Shown here: one piece after another, positions 1 to 8,347 of the stretch
Layout of the letters: every line of letters begins with the position of its first letter
Position numbering within the stretch: the first letter of the stretch is position 1
DNA from: Edaphobacter aggregans
GTDB taxonomy: Bacteria; Acidobacteriota; Terriglobia; Terriglobales; Acidobacteriaceae
Reading direction: 5' to 3'
Length of the DNA stretch: 32,000 nucleotides
NCBI RefSeq assembly: GCF_003945235.1
Contig: NZ_RSDW01000001.1
Coordinates: 2,160,001-2,192,000, forward strand
Made by a program: the position numbers and the translations under genes
Notes under the pieces: model-generated
The model's database searches: none
Seen by the model: the letters and a program-made list of their open reading frames with translations, nothing else
Told to the model about the DNA's origin: nothing

Positions 1-433
1 ACGCCTCCAGGGCGCGCCGAATATAAGGCTGCTGCTGAATCAAGTCCGGAGGAGTCTCCGTCCGGTTCGCCTTATACCCGCCATACTCCACCGTCTCAAA
101 CTGCTGCGTCTTGATATTGAACTTCTGAACATCCTTCAGCTGCGTCGCAAGCTCATTCCGATGCACTGGAGCACCCACGTCATACACCGCCGCCAGATAC
201 TGCGGAGCAAAGTCCTTCCGCAGCTTGTTGATCATATTGACGAAGACATACGTAGCCGCCGTAGGAATCCCCGTCCGCGTAGACATAGGCCGCTGCCGCT
301 GCATAGCGTGATAAGCCCGAAAGATAAACGCCATACTATCCAGCAGATAAATAGGAGGCTTAGCCCCGATCGCCGATGAGGTTGCAGATTCGTTCGCCGG
401 AGAGGTCTCGGTCTTGTTCGCTGTCTTCGCCAT
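1..433 (-). CDS. polA: DNA polymerase I, N-terminal 5'-3' exonuclease region (partial, continues past window start)
   Basis: My own translation of the minus strand from the ATG at 433-431 is open to position 1. It reads MAKTANKTETSPANESATSSAIGAKPPIYLLDSMAFIFRAYHAMQRQRPMSTRTGIPTAATYVFVNMINKLRKDFAPQYLAAVYDVGAPVHRNELA...YKANRTETPPDLIQQQPYIRRALEA. The LLDxxxxxxRAYxA, G.PT.A..GF.NM and YKANR pattern is typical of PolA/FEN N-termini. It is absent from the ORF track because the window truncates it. Confidence 0.85.
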   Translation of the reverse strand, partial: MAKTANKTETSPANESATSSAIGAKPPIYLLDSMAFIFRAYHAMQRQRPMSTRTGIPTAATYVFVNMINKLRKDFAPQYLAAVYDVGAPVHRNELATQLKDVQKFNIKTQQFETVEYGGYKANRTETPPDLIQQQPYIRRALEA

Positions 434-570
434 AAGTCTTTGATGGTATCTCGCCAAAGACGAACCATCCATCGCCTTTTACCACTACTGCCGTCTTGCA
501 GTTGCTTTTGCCGTTGTCGTTGTCGCTGCTTTTGCTTTTGCCTTTTTGGTTGTCATCCCGTAGGGATCTG

Positions 571-600
571 CTTCTGTCTTTGTCTTTGTCTTTGTCTTTG
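571..600. repeat. Hexanucleotide tandem repeat: (TCTTTG)x4 perfect at 577-600, preceded by one degenerate unit CTTCTG
   Basis: Read directly: cttctg tctttg tctttg tctttg tctttg. It lies in the polA-queA intergenic region and is preceded at 501-552 by imperfect GTTGTC and GCTTTT(G) repeats. Confidence 0.95.
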
Positions 601-642
601 TCATTGCTCATTGCTCATTGCTCATTGCTCATTGCTCATTGC
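601..642. repeat. Heptanucleotide tandem repeat (TCATTGC)x6, perfect
   Basis: Read directly: six exact head-to-tail copies, immediately abutting the hexamer array. Confidence 0.95.
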
Positions 643-660
643 TCTGAGCGTAGTGACCCA

Positions 661-840
661 ACCCGCCAAAAGATTTCCACAAAAATCTTCCAAAAACCTA
701 GCACGTTTTCAGAACCCAAAAACCAACCACCAACAAACCACACTAACCACACTTTTTACCGCTTACTAACCACGAAAAACCATCAAATTCCGCCCATTTT
801 TCGGAAAACACCACCCAAAAACCACCTCAAAAAAATCACA
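661..840. other. G-depleted C/A-rich tract (G/T-rich on the minus, transcribed strand) with reiterated CCAAAAACC and ACTAACCAC motifs
   Basis: Manual count gives 10 G in 180 nt, with G-free runs at 713-760 and 805-840. CCAAAAACC-like units occur near 691, 715, 772 and 815. The exact 9-mer ACTAACCAC occurs at 742-750 and 765-773. Confidence 0.9.
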
Positions 841-1936
841 GGATCAACATGCAATCCCCATAAGAAAAAAACCGATACCGCTCCCGAACCGCATGCGCAT
901 AAGCCGCCAAAACCGCCTCCCTGCCCGCAAACGCACTCACCAGCATAAGCAGCGTAGATTGCGGCAGATGAAAGTTAGTCAGCAACCCACTAACAACCCG
1001 AAACCGATATCCCGGACTAATGAAGATGCTGGTCGAACCCGAATGCGCCTCAAGCCGCACACCAGCATGAGGCTCAAACTCAAGCGAATGCTGAGCACAA
1101 TGCTCCAAAGTCCGCGTCGTTGTTGTTCCCGCAGCAATAATGCGTCTCCCCTCTCGCAGCGCAGCATTCACAGCCTCAGCAGTGGCTGCAGGCAACGTGT
1201 AATGCTCCGCATGAAGCCGTATATCTTCAACATTCTCCGCCCGCACAGGCTGAAACGTACCCAGCCCAACATGCAGCGTAATCGTCTCAATCTGCACGCC
1301 ACGCTGACGAAGCTCCGCAAGAATCTCCGGCGTAAAGTGTAGTCCCGCAGTAGGCGCAGCCGCCGAACCCGGCTCATGCGAAAACACCGTCTGATAGCGG
1401 TCTTTGTCCTCCTCACTATCGTCGCGATGAATATAAGGCGGCAGCGGCATGTGCCCAATCTTGTCGAGAATCGCCCGAAAATCCTGCACAGGATTGAACC
1501 GAAGAGTACGCTCGCCAAATTCACCAGCCGCAAGAATCTCCGCCTCCAACAGCGGCTCCGACTCATTCAGCGCGGCGAAATGCAGGCGTTCTCCAGGCTG
1601 AACCTTGCGACTGGGGCGGACAAGCGCAGACCAATCTTCTCCACCAATATGTTCCGTAAGAAGAACTTCGATACGACCAGTCGGATCCGGCGAACTGGGC
1701 TGCGTGTGAAGGCCACGGGCGCGAGTAGCAAAGAGACGAGCAGGAATGACGCGGCTATCGTTGAGGATCAGCAAATCGCCCGAACGAAGCAGGTGAGGCA
1801 GATTGCGGAAGAAATCGTCGCGATATTCGGCGGCCTCGCGGTCAAGGACGAGCATACGGCTGGTGCCACGTACAGGCGGCGGCGACTGGGCGATGAGTTC
1901 ATCAGGAAGGTCGAAATGGAAATCGGCTACACGCAC
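836..1936 (-). CDS. queA: S-adenosylmethionine:tRNA ribosyltransferase-isomerase
   Basis: 366-aa ORF. The N-terminus [33 protein letters not shown] and the later [28 protein letters not shown] and GTTTTRTLE segments are hallmark QueA blocks. Confidence 0.95.
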   Translation of the reverse strand: MRVADFHFDLPDELIAQSPPPVRGTSRMLVLDREAAEYRDDFFRNLPHLLRSGDLLILNDSRVIPARLFATRARGLHTQPSSPDPTGRIEVLLTEHIGGEDWSALVRPSRKVQPGERLHFAALNESEPLLEAEILAAGEFGERTLRFNPVQDFRAILDKIGHMPLPPYIHRDDSEEDKDRYQTVFSHEPGSAAAPTAGLHFTPEILAELRQRGVQIETITLHVGLGTFQPVRAENVEDIRLHAEHYTLPAATAEAVNAALREGRRIIAAGTTTTRTLEHCAQHSLEFEPHAGVRLEAHSGSTSIFISPGYRFRVVSGLLTNFHLPQSTLLMLVSAFAGREAVLAAYAHAVRERYRFFSYGDCMLIL

Positions 1937-1964
1937 TGTTTGATTCTAGTGTGCAGCGCAGAGG

Positions 1965-2675
1965 TTACGCTTTGTGGGATTCTGCGAGTTCTACAGCATG
2001 GTCGAGCGCAGCCTGCACAGCGGCTTGTTCCGCCGGAACTTGCGCGGTCCAAGCAACGGTGACACGAGAAAAAGGCTTCGGAATGAGAAAGCGATCCCAC
2101 GAGCGCAAATGCCAGGCGCGTTCGGGATGGACATAAAAAGCGCTGACAGGGCTGCCTACCAGCTTGGCGAGTTGGACAACGCCGGGTTTGGCTACCTGCG
2201 CTGGGCCACGGGGACCGTCGGCGGTGATGGCGCAGTAGTGGCCGCCTAGATAGGCGCGCTGCAGGTTGCGGAGACCAACGGCACCGTCGCGGGAGCTGGA
2301 ACCTCGGATGGCGATGAACCCTAGCCGCTCAACGGTGCGGGCAATGAGTTCGCCGTCAAAACTACGGCTAATGAGGATGGTGACGCCGCCGTTGCGAAAA
2401 CGCCACGCGCAGGCCAGCAGGCAGCGGTGCCAGAAGGCGTAAACGGCGGGAGGTTGGACATAGTAACCAGGAGTAGCTCCCGGATCGCAGATATCTTTAT
2501 AACGAAGGGTGATGCCGAGGCAGCGGATGACCAAGCTCGCGATGCGCGGGACGATGGAGAGAGCTATTCGCTGCTTCAGGGTGTAGGTTTGGGGCACGAA
2601 GATGAGTTTACCTTTGTGACGGTCCACTGCGGAGTTGCGCGTATGTTCACCGATTCTCCGCGGGGCTATTCTCAA
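1965..2675 (-). CDS. DUF374-type lysophospholipid acyltransferase family protein
   Basis: 236-aa ORF with AFWHRCLL...[30 protein letters not shown]...[25 protein letters not shown], the characteristic DUF374/LPLAT pattern. The start is uncertain; an in-frame GTG at 2627 is possible. Confidence 0.8.
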   Translation of the reverse strand: MRIAPRRIGEHTRNSAVDRHKGKLIFVPQTYTLKQRIALSIVPRIASLVIRCLGITLRYKDICDPGATPGYYVQPPAVYAFWHRCLLACAWRFRNGGVTILISRSFDGELIARTVERLGFIAIRGSSSRDGAVGLRNLQRAYLGGHYCAITADGPRGPAQVAKPGVVQLAKLVGSPVSAFYVHPERAWHLRSWDRFLIPKPFSRVTVAWTAQVPAEQAAVQAALDHAVELAESHKA

Positions 2676-2680
2676 ACCTG

Positions 2681-3565
2681 ATGCCGAACTTTTTCCTCCA
2701 TACGCCGGTTGTGTTTGCAGCGCTGCTCACGCTTCTGCCGTTCTTCCTTGCAGCGTTCTGTCCGTGCAGCGTTCAGGTGGCGCAAGGATTGCCCCTTCCT
2801 TTTCGCATTCTGGCACCGGCGTTGCTCTGCGTTCCGTACGCACTTGTTGCCGCTTCCTTCGGGCAGTTTCAGTGGTCTTGGTTTTCTCTGTACCTGCTGC
2901 TACCTATCGTGATCAGTCTGCTGCTCCACCGTGCGAATCTCTCCGATCCGGAGCAACGCGGGGACTGGCGGGATTTTCTTATCCTCGCCGTTCTTGGGCT
3001 GGCTGTTGATCTGCGCTGGTTCGAGCCTGCCTGGCCTGCTCGACTCGCTGTGTTTAACAAAATGCTGCTGCTTGATGCGGGCATCTATGGCTTCCTTGTG
3101 ATCCGCAAGCTGCGGCATGTTGGATTCGATCTCCGACTGCGCCTGGCCGACCTTCGCATCGGCGCGCGCGAACTCGCATTTTACGCTCCAATTGCTATCG
3201 CGCTCGGATTGGCGCTCGGCTTTCTTCACCTCCACGCATACATCCCTTCGGTGTTTCGAGTTCTGCTGGCGTGGCTCTTTACGTTCTTCTTCATTGCCGT
3301 TCCCGAGGAGCTTTTCTTCCGCGGCTGGATACAGAATCTTCTGGAGCGCCGCCTTGGCCCGCGCTGGGCGTTGGTTCTTACGGCTGTGCTCTTTGGGTTA
3401 TCTCATTTCAATAAGCGAGCCGCGCATTTCAACTGGCGCTATGTCCTGCTCGCATCCCTGGCGGGAATTTTCTATGGCCGCGCGTGGCGTCAGCAGCGCC
3501 GAGTTGGCGCATCGGCTATCACCCATGCCTCGGTCGATACTCTCTGGTCTATCTGGTTGCGGTGA
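2681..3565 (+). CDS. CPBP family (CAAX/Abi, PF02517-like) intramembrane glutamic endopeptidase
   Basis: 294-aa polytopic ORF with all three CPBP motifs: PEELFFRGW (EExxxR), FGLSHF (FxxxH) and HASVD (HxxxD). An in-frame GTG at 2711 is an alternative start. Confidence 0.85.
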   Translation: MPNFFLHTPVVFAALLTLLPFFLAAFCPCSVQVAQGLPLPFRILAPALLCVPYALVAASFGQFQWSWFSLYLLLPIVISLLLHRANLSDPEQRGDWRDFLILAVLGLAVDLRWFEPAWPARLAVFNKMLLLDAGIYGFLVIRKLRHVGFDLRLRLADLRIGARELAFYAPIAIALGLALGFLHLHAYIPSVFRVLLAWLFTFFFIAVPEELFFRGWIQNLLERRLGPRWALVLTAVLFGLSHFNKRAAHFNWRYVLLASLAGIFYGRAWRQQRRVGASAITHASVDTLWSIWLR

Positions 3566-3784
3566 GGATGATGAATCGTCAGACGGCGACCTGTCAGAGT
3601 CTCCGTACGTGGATGACGATCCTATCTGAACTCTTTTCCCAAGTACTCCCTACCCGCACTCCAGGTCATAAAGTCTTAGAATCATTGCACTTAGGTCCAG
3701 ACCTGCTTCATAGAGTATCGATTTTAGGGGTGTCGATATCGCAGAGTATTCCATCTAAATACTTTAGCTATGGCCAAGAAAGGA

Positions 3785-3814
3785 AAGCCTCGGTGTGTGC
3801 CGGGGCTTTTCTCT
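3785..3814 (+). terminator. Intrinsic-terminator-like hairpin in an AT-rich convergent spacer
   Basis: AAGCCTCGG (3785-3793) pairs with CCGGGGCTT (3800-3808): 9 bp including one G-U, loop TGTGTG. It is followed by TTCTCTATTCT. It lies 220 nt downstream of the nearest plus-strand stop at 3565. Confidence 0.45.
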
Positions 3815-3910
3815 ATTCTCTATAACCAGCATAGCGAATTGGGCGGAATTATTCGGCAAGCGAATCTCCTTGATTGGCGCGGGGATTCGCTGTTTGGGGC
3901 TTGACAGGAT

Positions 3911-4654
3911 TTATTGTGGATAACTTTGCGGGTGTGAAGACAGCATTCCCTGGTCAAGGAAGTGCATGCGCACTTTGTACGGGTGAGCCCTGTATCTGTA
4001 GTAGCCACTCCCTACACGCATGTGATGATGAAGCGAGTTTGGCATGGTTACTGCGACACATAGCCCCAAGATCCCATGGGCCAGTCCGAGCGTGTAGATG
4101 TTCCGGTAACGCAGAAACAGCAGACAGGATACGATTCCCCAGATTAACGTGATGGGCGTGAGCACAGGGTTGGGAAGGTGGGCCAGCGCGAACATGATTG
4201 CGGCGGTGGCAATTGGTAGTGTCTTCCCCGGCAGGAGTCGCATCAAGCGCAAGAGGAAGTAGCTCTGCAGAATAAACTGCTGCATCACCGCCCATACCAG
4301 GTATCCCCCCATATGCACCATGAGCGGCGTGGGGCCGTGCAATCGATGCAACGTGTGCATCCGAGAAGCGATGAATACTGCTATGCCCGTGCCCGCCAGC
4401 GCGACTGCGACAACCCAGAGCGACTGAAGCAGGCCTGTTGCCCCAAGTCCCAGTGTCTTCCAACCCTCCCGTCGCGCCCATGAAGTTGCGAGAATCCAGG
4501 CGAAGGCAAGCCAGTAGAGAACGCGCTGCGTGGGATTCGGCGTCCAGATTGTGGACAAGATCAGGGCGTAAGCCACCCCCAACTCCACCAGATCGCGCCG
4601 GATGATGCGCGTCTGGGATGCTCCGAAGACCGTCGCTGATGCTGACTCTGGCAT
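3911..4654 (-). CDS. CPBP/Abi-like membrane protein with degenerate motif 1 (QQxxxQ instead of EExxxR)
   Basis: 247-aa polytopic ORF. It has FALAHL (FxxxH) and LAHGILG (His motif). Where motif 1 is expected it reads VMQQFILQSYF (Q125, Q126, Q130; nt 4265-4282, verified by my own reverse translation). Confidence 0.7.
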   Translation of the reverse strand: MPESASATVFGASQTRIIRRDLVELGVAYALILSTIWTPNPTQRVLYWLAFAWILATSWARREGWKTLGLGATGLLQSLWVVAVALAGTGIAVFIASRMHTLHRLHGPTPLMVHMGGYLVWAVMQQFILQSYFLLRLMRLLPGKTLPIATAAIMFALAHLPNPVLTPITLIWGIVSCLLFLRYRNIYTLGLAHGILGLCVAVTMPNSLHHHMRVGSGYYRYRAHPYKVRMHFLDQGMLSSHPQSYPQ

Positions 4655-4740
4655 CGCCAGAAGACTCCGCGTTGGAGCATTCTACCGCTCGATGGATAGA
4701 CGGCAGGGAAGGATTTTCGCCGGACCAAACGGTTGAAAGC

Positions 4741-5979
4741 CTAGCTGTATTTGAGCCAGCGGAGGATCTCGGGCAGATTCGGCTTTTTGCCGTACATGAG
4801 GATGCCTACGCGGTAGATGCGGCTGGCTACCCAGAGAATGGCGTAGATAGTCACCATCATCAATGCGATGGAGAGGGCGATCTCCCATGCGGGCGGTGTG
4901 GCAAGCGAGATACGCAGGTACATGATCAGCGGCGTGCAGAACGGAATGAACGAGATGACACGCGCGACGAGACCATTGGGGTTCGTAATGACCGGGGCAA
5001 GCGCGAACATACAGCCTGCAAGCGGCATGACGAGGATCATGTTGAGTTGCTGGAGTTCCTGTTCGGAGTTGACCATGGCGCCAAGAGCGGCGGCAATGGA
5101 GGAGTAAAGCAGGTATCCGAGCAGAAAGTAGACGACAAAGAAGATGATCTGCATGGGATTGAGCGAGACGTGCACCTTGCCCCCGGCGAGCGCTCCGACG
5201 ATGGAGCTGCTTGTGAGAATGACGGCGGTGAGCAACCAGACAGCGACCTGGGTGAGGCCCACAGAGCCTACGCCGATGACCTTACCGGCCATCATCTCCT
5301 CGGGCTTGATAGTGGCGAGCAATACCTCGAAGACGCGCGAGGTCTTCTCCTCGATGATGGAGCGCGCGACGTTCATGCCATAGAGCAGGATGACCATGTA
5401 CATGAGGAAAAACAGAACGTAGATGGCGACGAAACTGGAGACGGTATCGGCATTCTTACCGGCCTGGGTTGTGTCGACCTGAACGGGCTGCATGAGTGAC
5501 TCGACGTCGGAGGCGACCATACCTTGGTGAGCGAGGCGCTCGCGCATAAGCACGGTACGGAGGGCTGAGCTGACGACGCCCTTCGTACTGATATCGGCAG
5601 CGGAACGAGGTGTGAAGGAGAAGTTTGGTCGCTCACCAGGATTGGCCGCGGGAGTGATCCAGAGGTAGCCGTCGATCTGCTTGTCGGCGAGCATGGCGTC
5701 GAGGGTCTTGCGGGTATCGTCATTGCCGGGTGAGATGACATCGACGGTCATCCGGCTGTCTTTGCCGCTCTGTAGCTCAGCTTGCAGGTCGGTCGCGAGC
5801 TGCTGGTCCTGCGAGACGATGGTGATATGCGAGGTGGATTTTGCCTTGCTACCCGAGATGATCGAGCCGACGATGCCACCACCCATCAGGACAGGGATGA
5901 GGATCGTCGAGATGAGAAAGGCCTTGGTGCGGACGCGCTCGAGATATTCGCGCTTTGCGATGAGCCAGACGTTATGCAT
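4741..5979 (-). CDS. ABC-2 type transporter permease (NatB-like)
   Basis: 412-aa ORF. The N-terminal TM helix is followed by a large extracytoplasmic loop and about 5 C-terminal TM helices, typical of ABC-2/NatB permeases. The start overlaps the upstream ATPase stop by 8 nt (ATGCATAA), which suggests translational coupling. Confidence 0.85.
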   Translation of the reverse strand: MHNVWLIAKREYLERVRTKAFLISTILIPVLMGGGIVGSIISGSKAKSTSHITIVSQDQQLATDLQAELQSGKDSRMTVDVISPGNDDTRKTLDAMLADKQIDGYLWITPAANPGERPNFSFTPRSAADISTKGVVSSALRTVLMRERLAHQGMVASDVESLMQPVQVDTTQAGKNADTVSSFVAIYVLFFLMYMVILLYGMNVARSIIEEKTSRVFEVLLATIKPEEMMAGKVIGVGSVGLTQVAVWLLTAVILTSSSIVGALAGGKVHVSLNPMQIIFFVVYFLLGYLLYSSIAAALGAMVNSEQELQQLNMILVMPLAGCMFALAPVITNPNGLVARVISFIPFCTPLIMYLRISLATPPAWEIALSIALMMVTIYAILWVASRIYRVGILMYGKKPNLPEILRWLKYS

Positions 5980-6874
5980 CGACTTTGCCTCCTACGGTCT
6001 CGATGAAGATCTCTTCCAGTGTTGGCTCCATGACTTCGAAGCGAGTGATGCGGGCTTTGGTGACGGCCTCGGCTAGCAGGCTTTGGGCGTCCGCTCCGTC
6101 GTGCAGTTTGATCTCGGCCATGCCGTTATAGTTCTTTGCGGACTCGATGGCGGGATGATTGAGAAAGGAAGCGTCGCCGGAGAAGACCATCTGCACGCGA
6201 TTCGCGGGGTAGCGGGACTTGATCTCGCGCATGCCGCCGGAGAGGACGAGGCGTCCGTTGTGGATGAGACAGATGGCGTCGCAGAGCTTCTCAACCTGAT
6301 CCATGCGGTGGGTGGAGAAGAGAACGCTGCGGCCCTGTTTGCGGAGGTCGACGAGTGTGTCCATGAGGAGTGTGGCGTTGACGGGATCGAGGCCGCTGAA
6401 GGGCTCGTCCATGATGATGAGTTCTGGCTCGTGCAGCAGCGCAGCTATGAACTGGATCTTCTGCTGCATGCCCTTGGAGAGCTCTTCGGTCTTCTTGGGA
6501 ATGGCCTCGGTGATCTCCATGCGCTCGCACCAGACGTGGGCGCGCTTGGAGGCGGTCGTCGCGTCCAGGCCGTGGAGCTGGCCGAGGAAGATGAGCTGGT
6601 CGATGACCTTCATCTTCTTGTAGAGGCCGCGTTCTTCGGGCAGATAGCCGACGCGATGCAGGTTCTTGCGGTCGAAGGGAGAGTCGAACAGTCGCACATT
6701 GCCGGAGTCCGGCACGGTGATGCCGATCATCATGCGGATTGAGGAGGTCTTTCCGGAGCCGTTGGGGCCGAGGAGGCCGAACATGCTGCCGGGCTCGATC
6801 TTGAAGGAGAGATTTTCGACCGCGATCTTGGTGTCGTAGGCTTTACGGACTTGCTGGAGTTCGACGATGGCCAT
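5972..6874 (-). CDS. ABC transporter ATP-binding protein (ABC-2/NatA-like, with C-terminal DUF4162-like domain)
   Basis: Walker A GPNGSGKT, signature LSKGMQQK, Walker B LIIMDEPFSGLD and an H-loop STH are present. I chose the ATG at 6874 (MAIVELQQVRKAY), typical of this family. The track ORF extends to 6955. Confidence 0.9.
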   Translation of the reverse strand: MAIVELQQVRKAYDTKIAVENLSFKIEPGSMFGLLGPNGSGKTSSIRMMIGITVPDSGNVRLFDSPFDRKNLHRVGYLPEERGLYKKMKVIDQLIFLGQLHGLDATTASKRAHVWCERMEITEAIPKKTEELSKGMQQKIQFIAALLHEPELIIMDEPFSGLDPVNATLLMDTLVDLRKQGRSVLFSTHRMDQVEKLCDAICLIHNGRLVLSGGMREIKSRYPANRVQMVFSGDASFLNHPAIESAKNYNGMAEIKLHDGADAQSLLAEAVTKARITRFEVMEPTLEEIFIETVGGKVDA

Positions 6875-7020
6875 GGGTTCTCGAATGGAGTAGTAAGGCC
6901 AGTTTAGCAGGGGCGGTTTGGGGGCGATTCGGAGACCGAGTCCCTTCGGCGTCAATAGCGGCGGGTAGATTCCCAGGGGGTGTGCACAGTTGGGGCGGAG
7001 ACTAAGCTCTGGCCATTGCG

Positions 7021-8295
7021 GTGATGGAACGTAGAGGCCCCCTTGGCAGTTATCTCTTCAGGTACCCCAGTATTTCCCACCGAGATTTCGCTGCTACTCT
7101 ACGTGGCATCTTCCTTCCTGAGTTGGCCCTTTTGAGTTCCGAAAAAATATTCCGCCTTCATGGACTGGACGCGTTGCGCGCGCTTGCGATTGTGTCTGTC
7201 ATGATCTTCCATCTTCAAACTTCTCTTCCAAACGCTCTCCAGGTGATAGGGAACATCGGATGGATGGGAGTCGACCTTTTTTTCGTTCTGAGCGGGTTTC
7301 TGATTGGGTCCCAGTTGCTTAGACCGTTTGCCGCAGGGAGGAAGCTTGACGTTACGGCCTTCTACATCCGAAGAGCGTACCGAATTCTCCCGGCCTATCT
7401 GGCTGTGCTCCTGCTTTATTTCGCAGTGCCTGGATGGCGCGAAAGGCCTGGGCTAGCGGCTCCGTGGAAATTCGTGACCTTTACGGCCAACCTGGTGATG
7501 AACTATCCGGAGGAGATGGCTTTTTCGCATAGCTGGTCACTGTGCATCGAGGAGCATTTTTATCTGCTGCTTCCGTGTTTCGTCATCTGGCAGATGCGCA
7601 GACCGGCGGTGTGGAAGACGACGGTTCTGGTTGCGTCTGTGATTCTCGGCGGCATATTCCTTCGTGGGTGGGAGTTGTTCCATGTTGTCCGTGCGCCGGG
7701 TTTAGCTGACGAGGAGTCCTGGGCCCTGTTGATGAAGAGAATTTATTATCCGACTTACTGCAGGCTGGACGGGCTGGTGTGTGGAATCGTCCTCGCAAGC
7801 ATCCTAACGTTTCGTCCGGCATGGTGGGCGAAGGTGTCCCATCGAGGCAACGCACTGTTTGCAATGGGAATGATGATCTTTGGCGCGGGGATATGGCTCT
7901 TCAAGGGGAAATATCCTTCCTTCGAAACGCCAGGCGGCATTCTCTATGGCTTCCCACTTGTTTCAATCGGATTCGCTTTTCTCGTATCTGCGGCTGTCGC
8001 CAGTAATGGACTGCTCCGATCGCGCATACCTGGAGCACGAACGCTCGCGACTCTCGCTTTCAGCCTCTACCTTACGCACAAAGAAGTCGCTCACGTTGAT
8101 CGCAGGATTTTTCCATGGCTAGAGGGGAATACAGGATGGCTAGCTGCCGGCGTGTATGCCGTAACCTGCCTGGCTTTCGCAGGATCGCTCTACCTCTGTG
8201 TTGAACGACCGTTCCTACTGCTGCGTGATCGTCACATGGAACGCGAGCGCTCTCGTGAAGTGAGCGTTGGTGTGCGACTGGATCCGGCTTCGTAG
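7021..8295 (+). CDS. Acyltransferase family 3 (PF01757-like) membrane protein
   Basis: 424-aa ORF with about 10 TM helices. The family signature LDALRALAIVSVMIFHL is near the N-terminus. The true start may be the in-frame TTG at 7132, just upstream of that motif. Confidence 0.8.
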   Translation: MMERRGPLGSYLFRYPSISHRDFAATLRGIFLPELALLSSEKIFRLHGLDALRALAIVSVMIFHLQTSLPNALQVIGNIGWMGVDLFFVLSGFLIGSQLLRPFAAGRKLDVTAFYIRRAYRILPAYLAVLLLYFAVPGWRERPGLAAPWKFVTFTANLVMNYPEEMAFSHSWSLCIEEHFYLLLPCFVIWQMRRPAVWKTTVLVASVILGGIFLRGWELFHVVRAPGLADEESWALLMKRIYYPTYCRLDGLVCGIVLASILTFRPAWWAKVSHRGNALFAMGMMIFGAGIWLFKGKYPSFETPGGILYGFPLVSIGFAFLVSAAVASNGLLRSRIPGARTLATLAFSLYLTHKEVAHVDRRIFPWLEGNTGWLAAGVYAVTCLAFAGSLYLCVERPFLLLRDRHMERERSREVSVGVRLDPAS

Positions 8296-8347
8296 AACAG
8301 CACGGAGACCGTATAGCTTTTCAACTGGCGATTTATTTCCCAGGCAG

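Noticed and set aside
360-948. ORFs reading through the microsatellites and CA-rich tract: 360-611 minus (MSNDKDKDKDKD...), 440-769 plus and 496-948 plus.
   Set aside because: Their translations are direct read-outs of tandem repeats or skewed composition (LSLSLS, CRCRCR, KDKDKD). They overlap the polA start and queA in other frames and show no coding signature.
3568-3825. An 86-codon ORF between the two Abi/CPBP genes, considered as a possible bacteriocin precursor. It contains MTILSELFSQV, vaguely like a double-glycine leader.
   Set aside because: There is no GG cleavage motif and the LSxxELxxIxGG spacing does not fit. Third-position GC equals the local background, and the terminator hairpin lies inside the ORF.
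3901-3906. A perfect -35 hexamer TTGACA on the plus strand at the 3' end of the CPBP-like gene.
   Set aside because: No acceptable -10 element lies at 16-18 nt spacing, and it would only drive antisense transcription. It is likely chance.
3915-3923. A perfect DnaA-box 9-mer TGTGGATAA, and DnaA-box-like CTAACCACA / CAAACCACA units at 735-773.
   Set aside because: A single perfect 9-mer is expected by chance at appreciable frequency in 64 kb of two-strand sequence. The 735-773 units have 2-3 mismatches each. There is no dnaA/dnaN context or clear DUE, so there is no support for an origin.
6875-6955. N-terminal extensions in the longest-ORF calls for the ABC ATPase (to 6955), korA (to 17200), the hydrolase (to 29076) and sucC (to 31413).
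   Set aside because: Internal ATGs reproduce the canonical family N-termini or a signal peptide: MAIVELQQV, MRQSFAVGIGG, MRRSLLIF and [12 protein letters not shown]. Where an SD is visible, as for korA, it precedes the internal start. The extensions are unlike known homologues.
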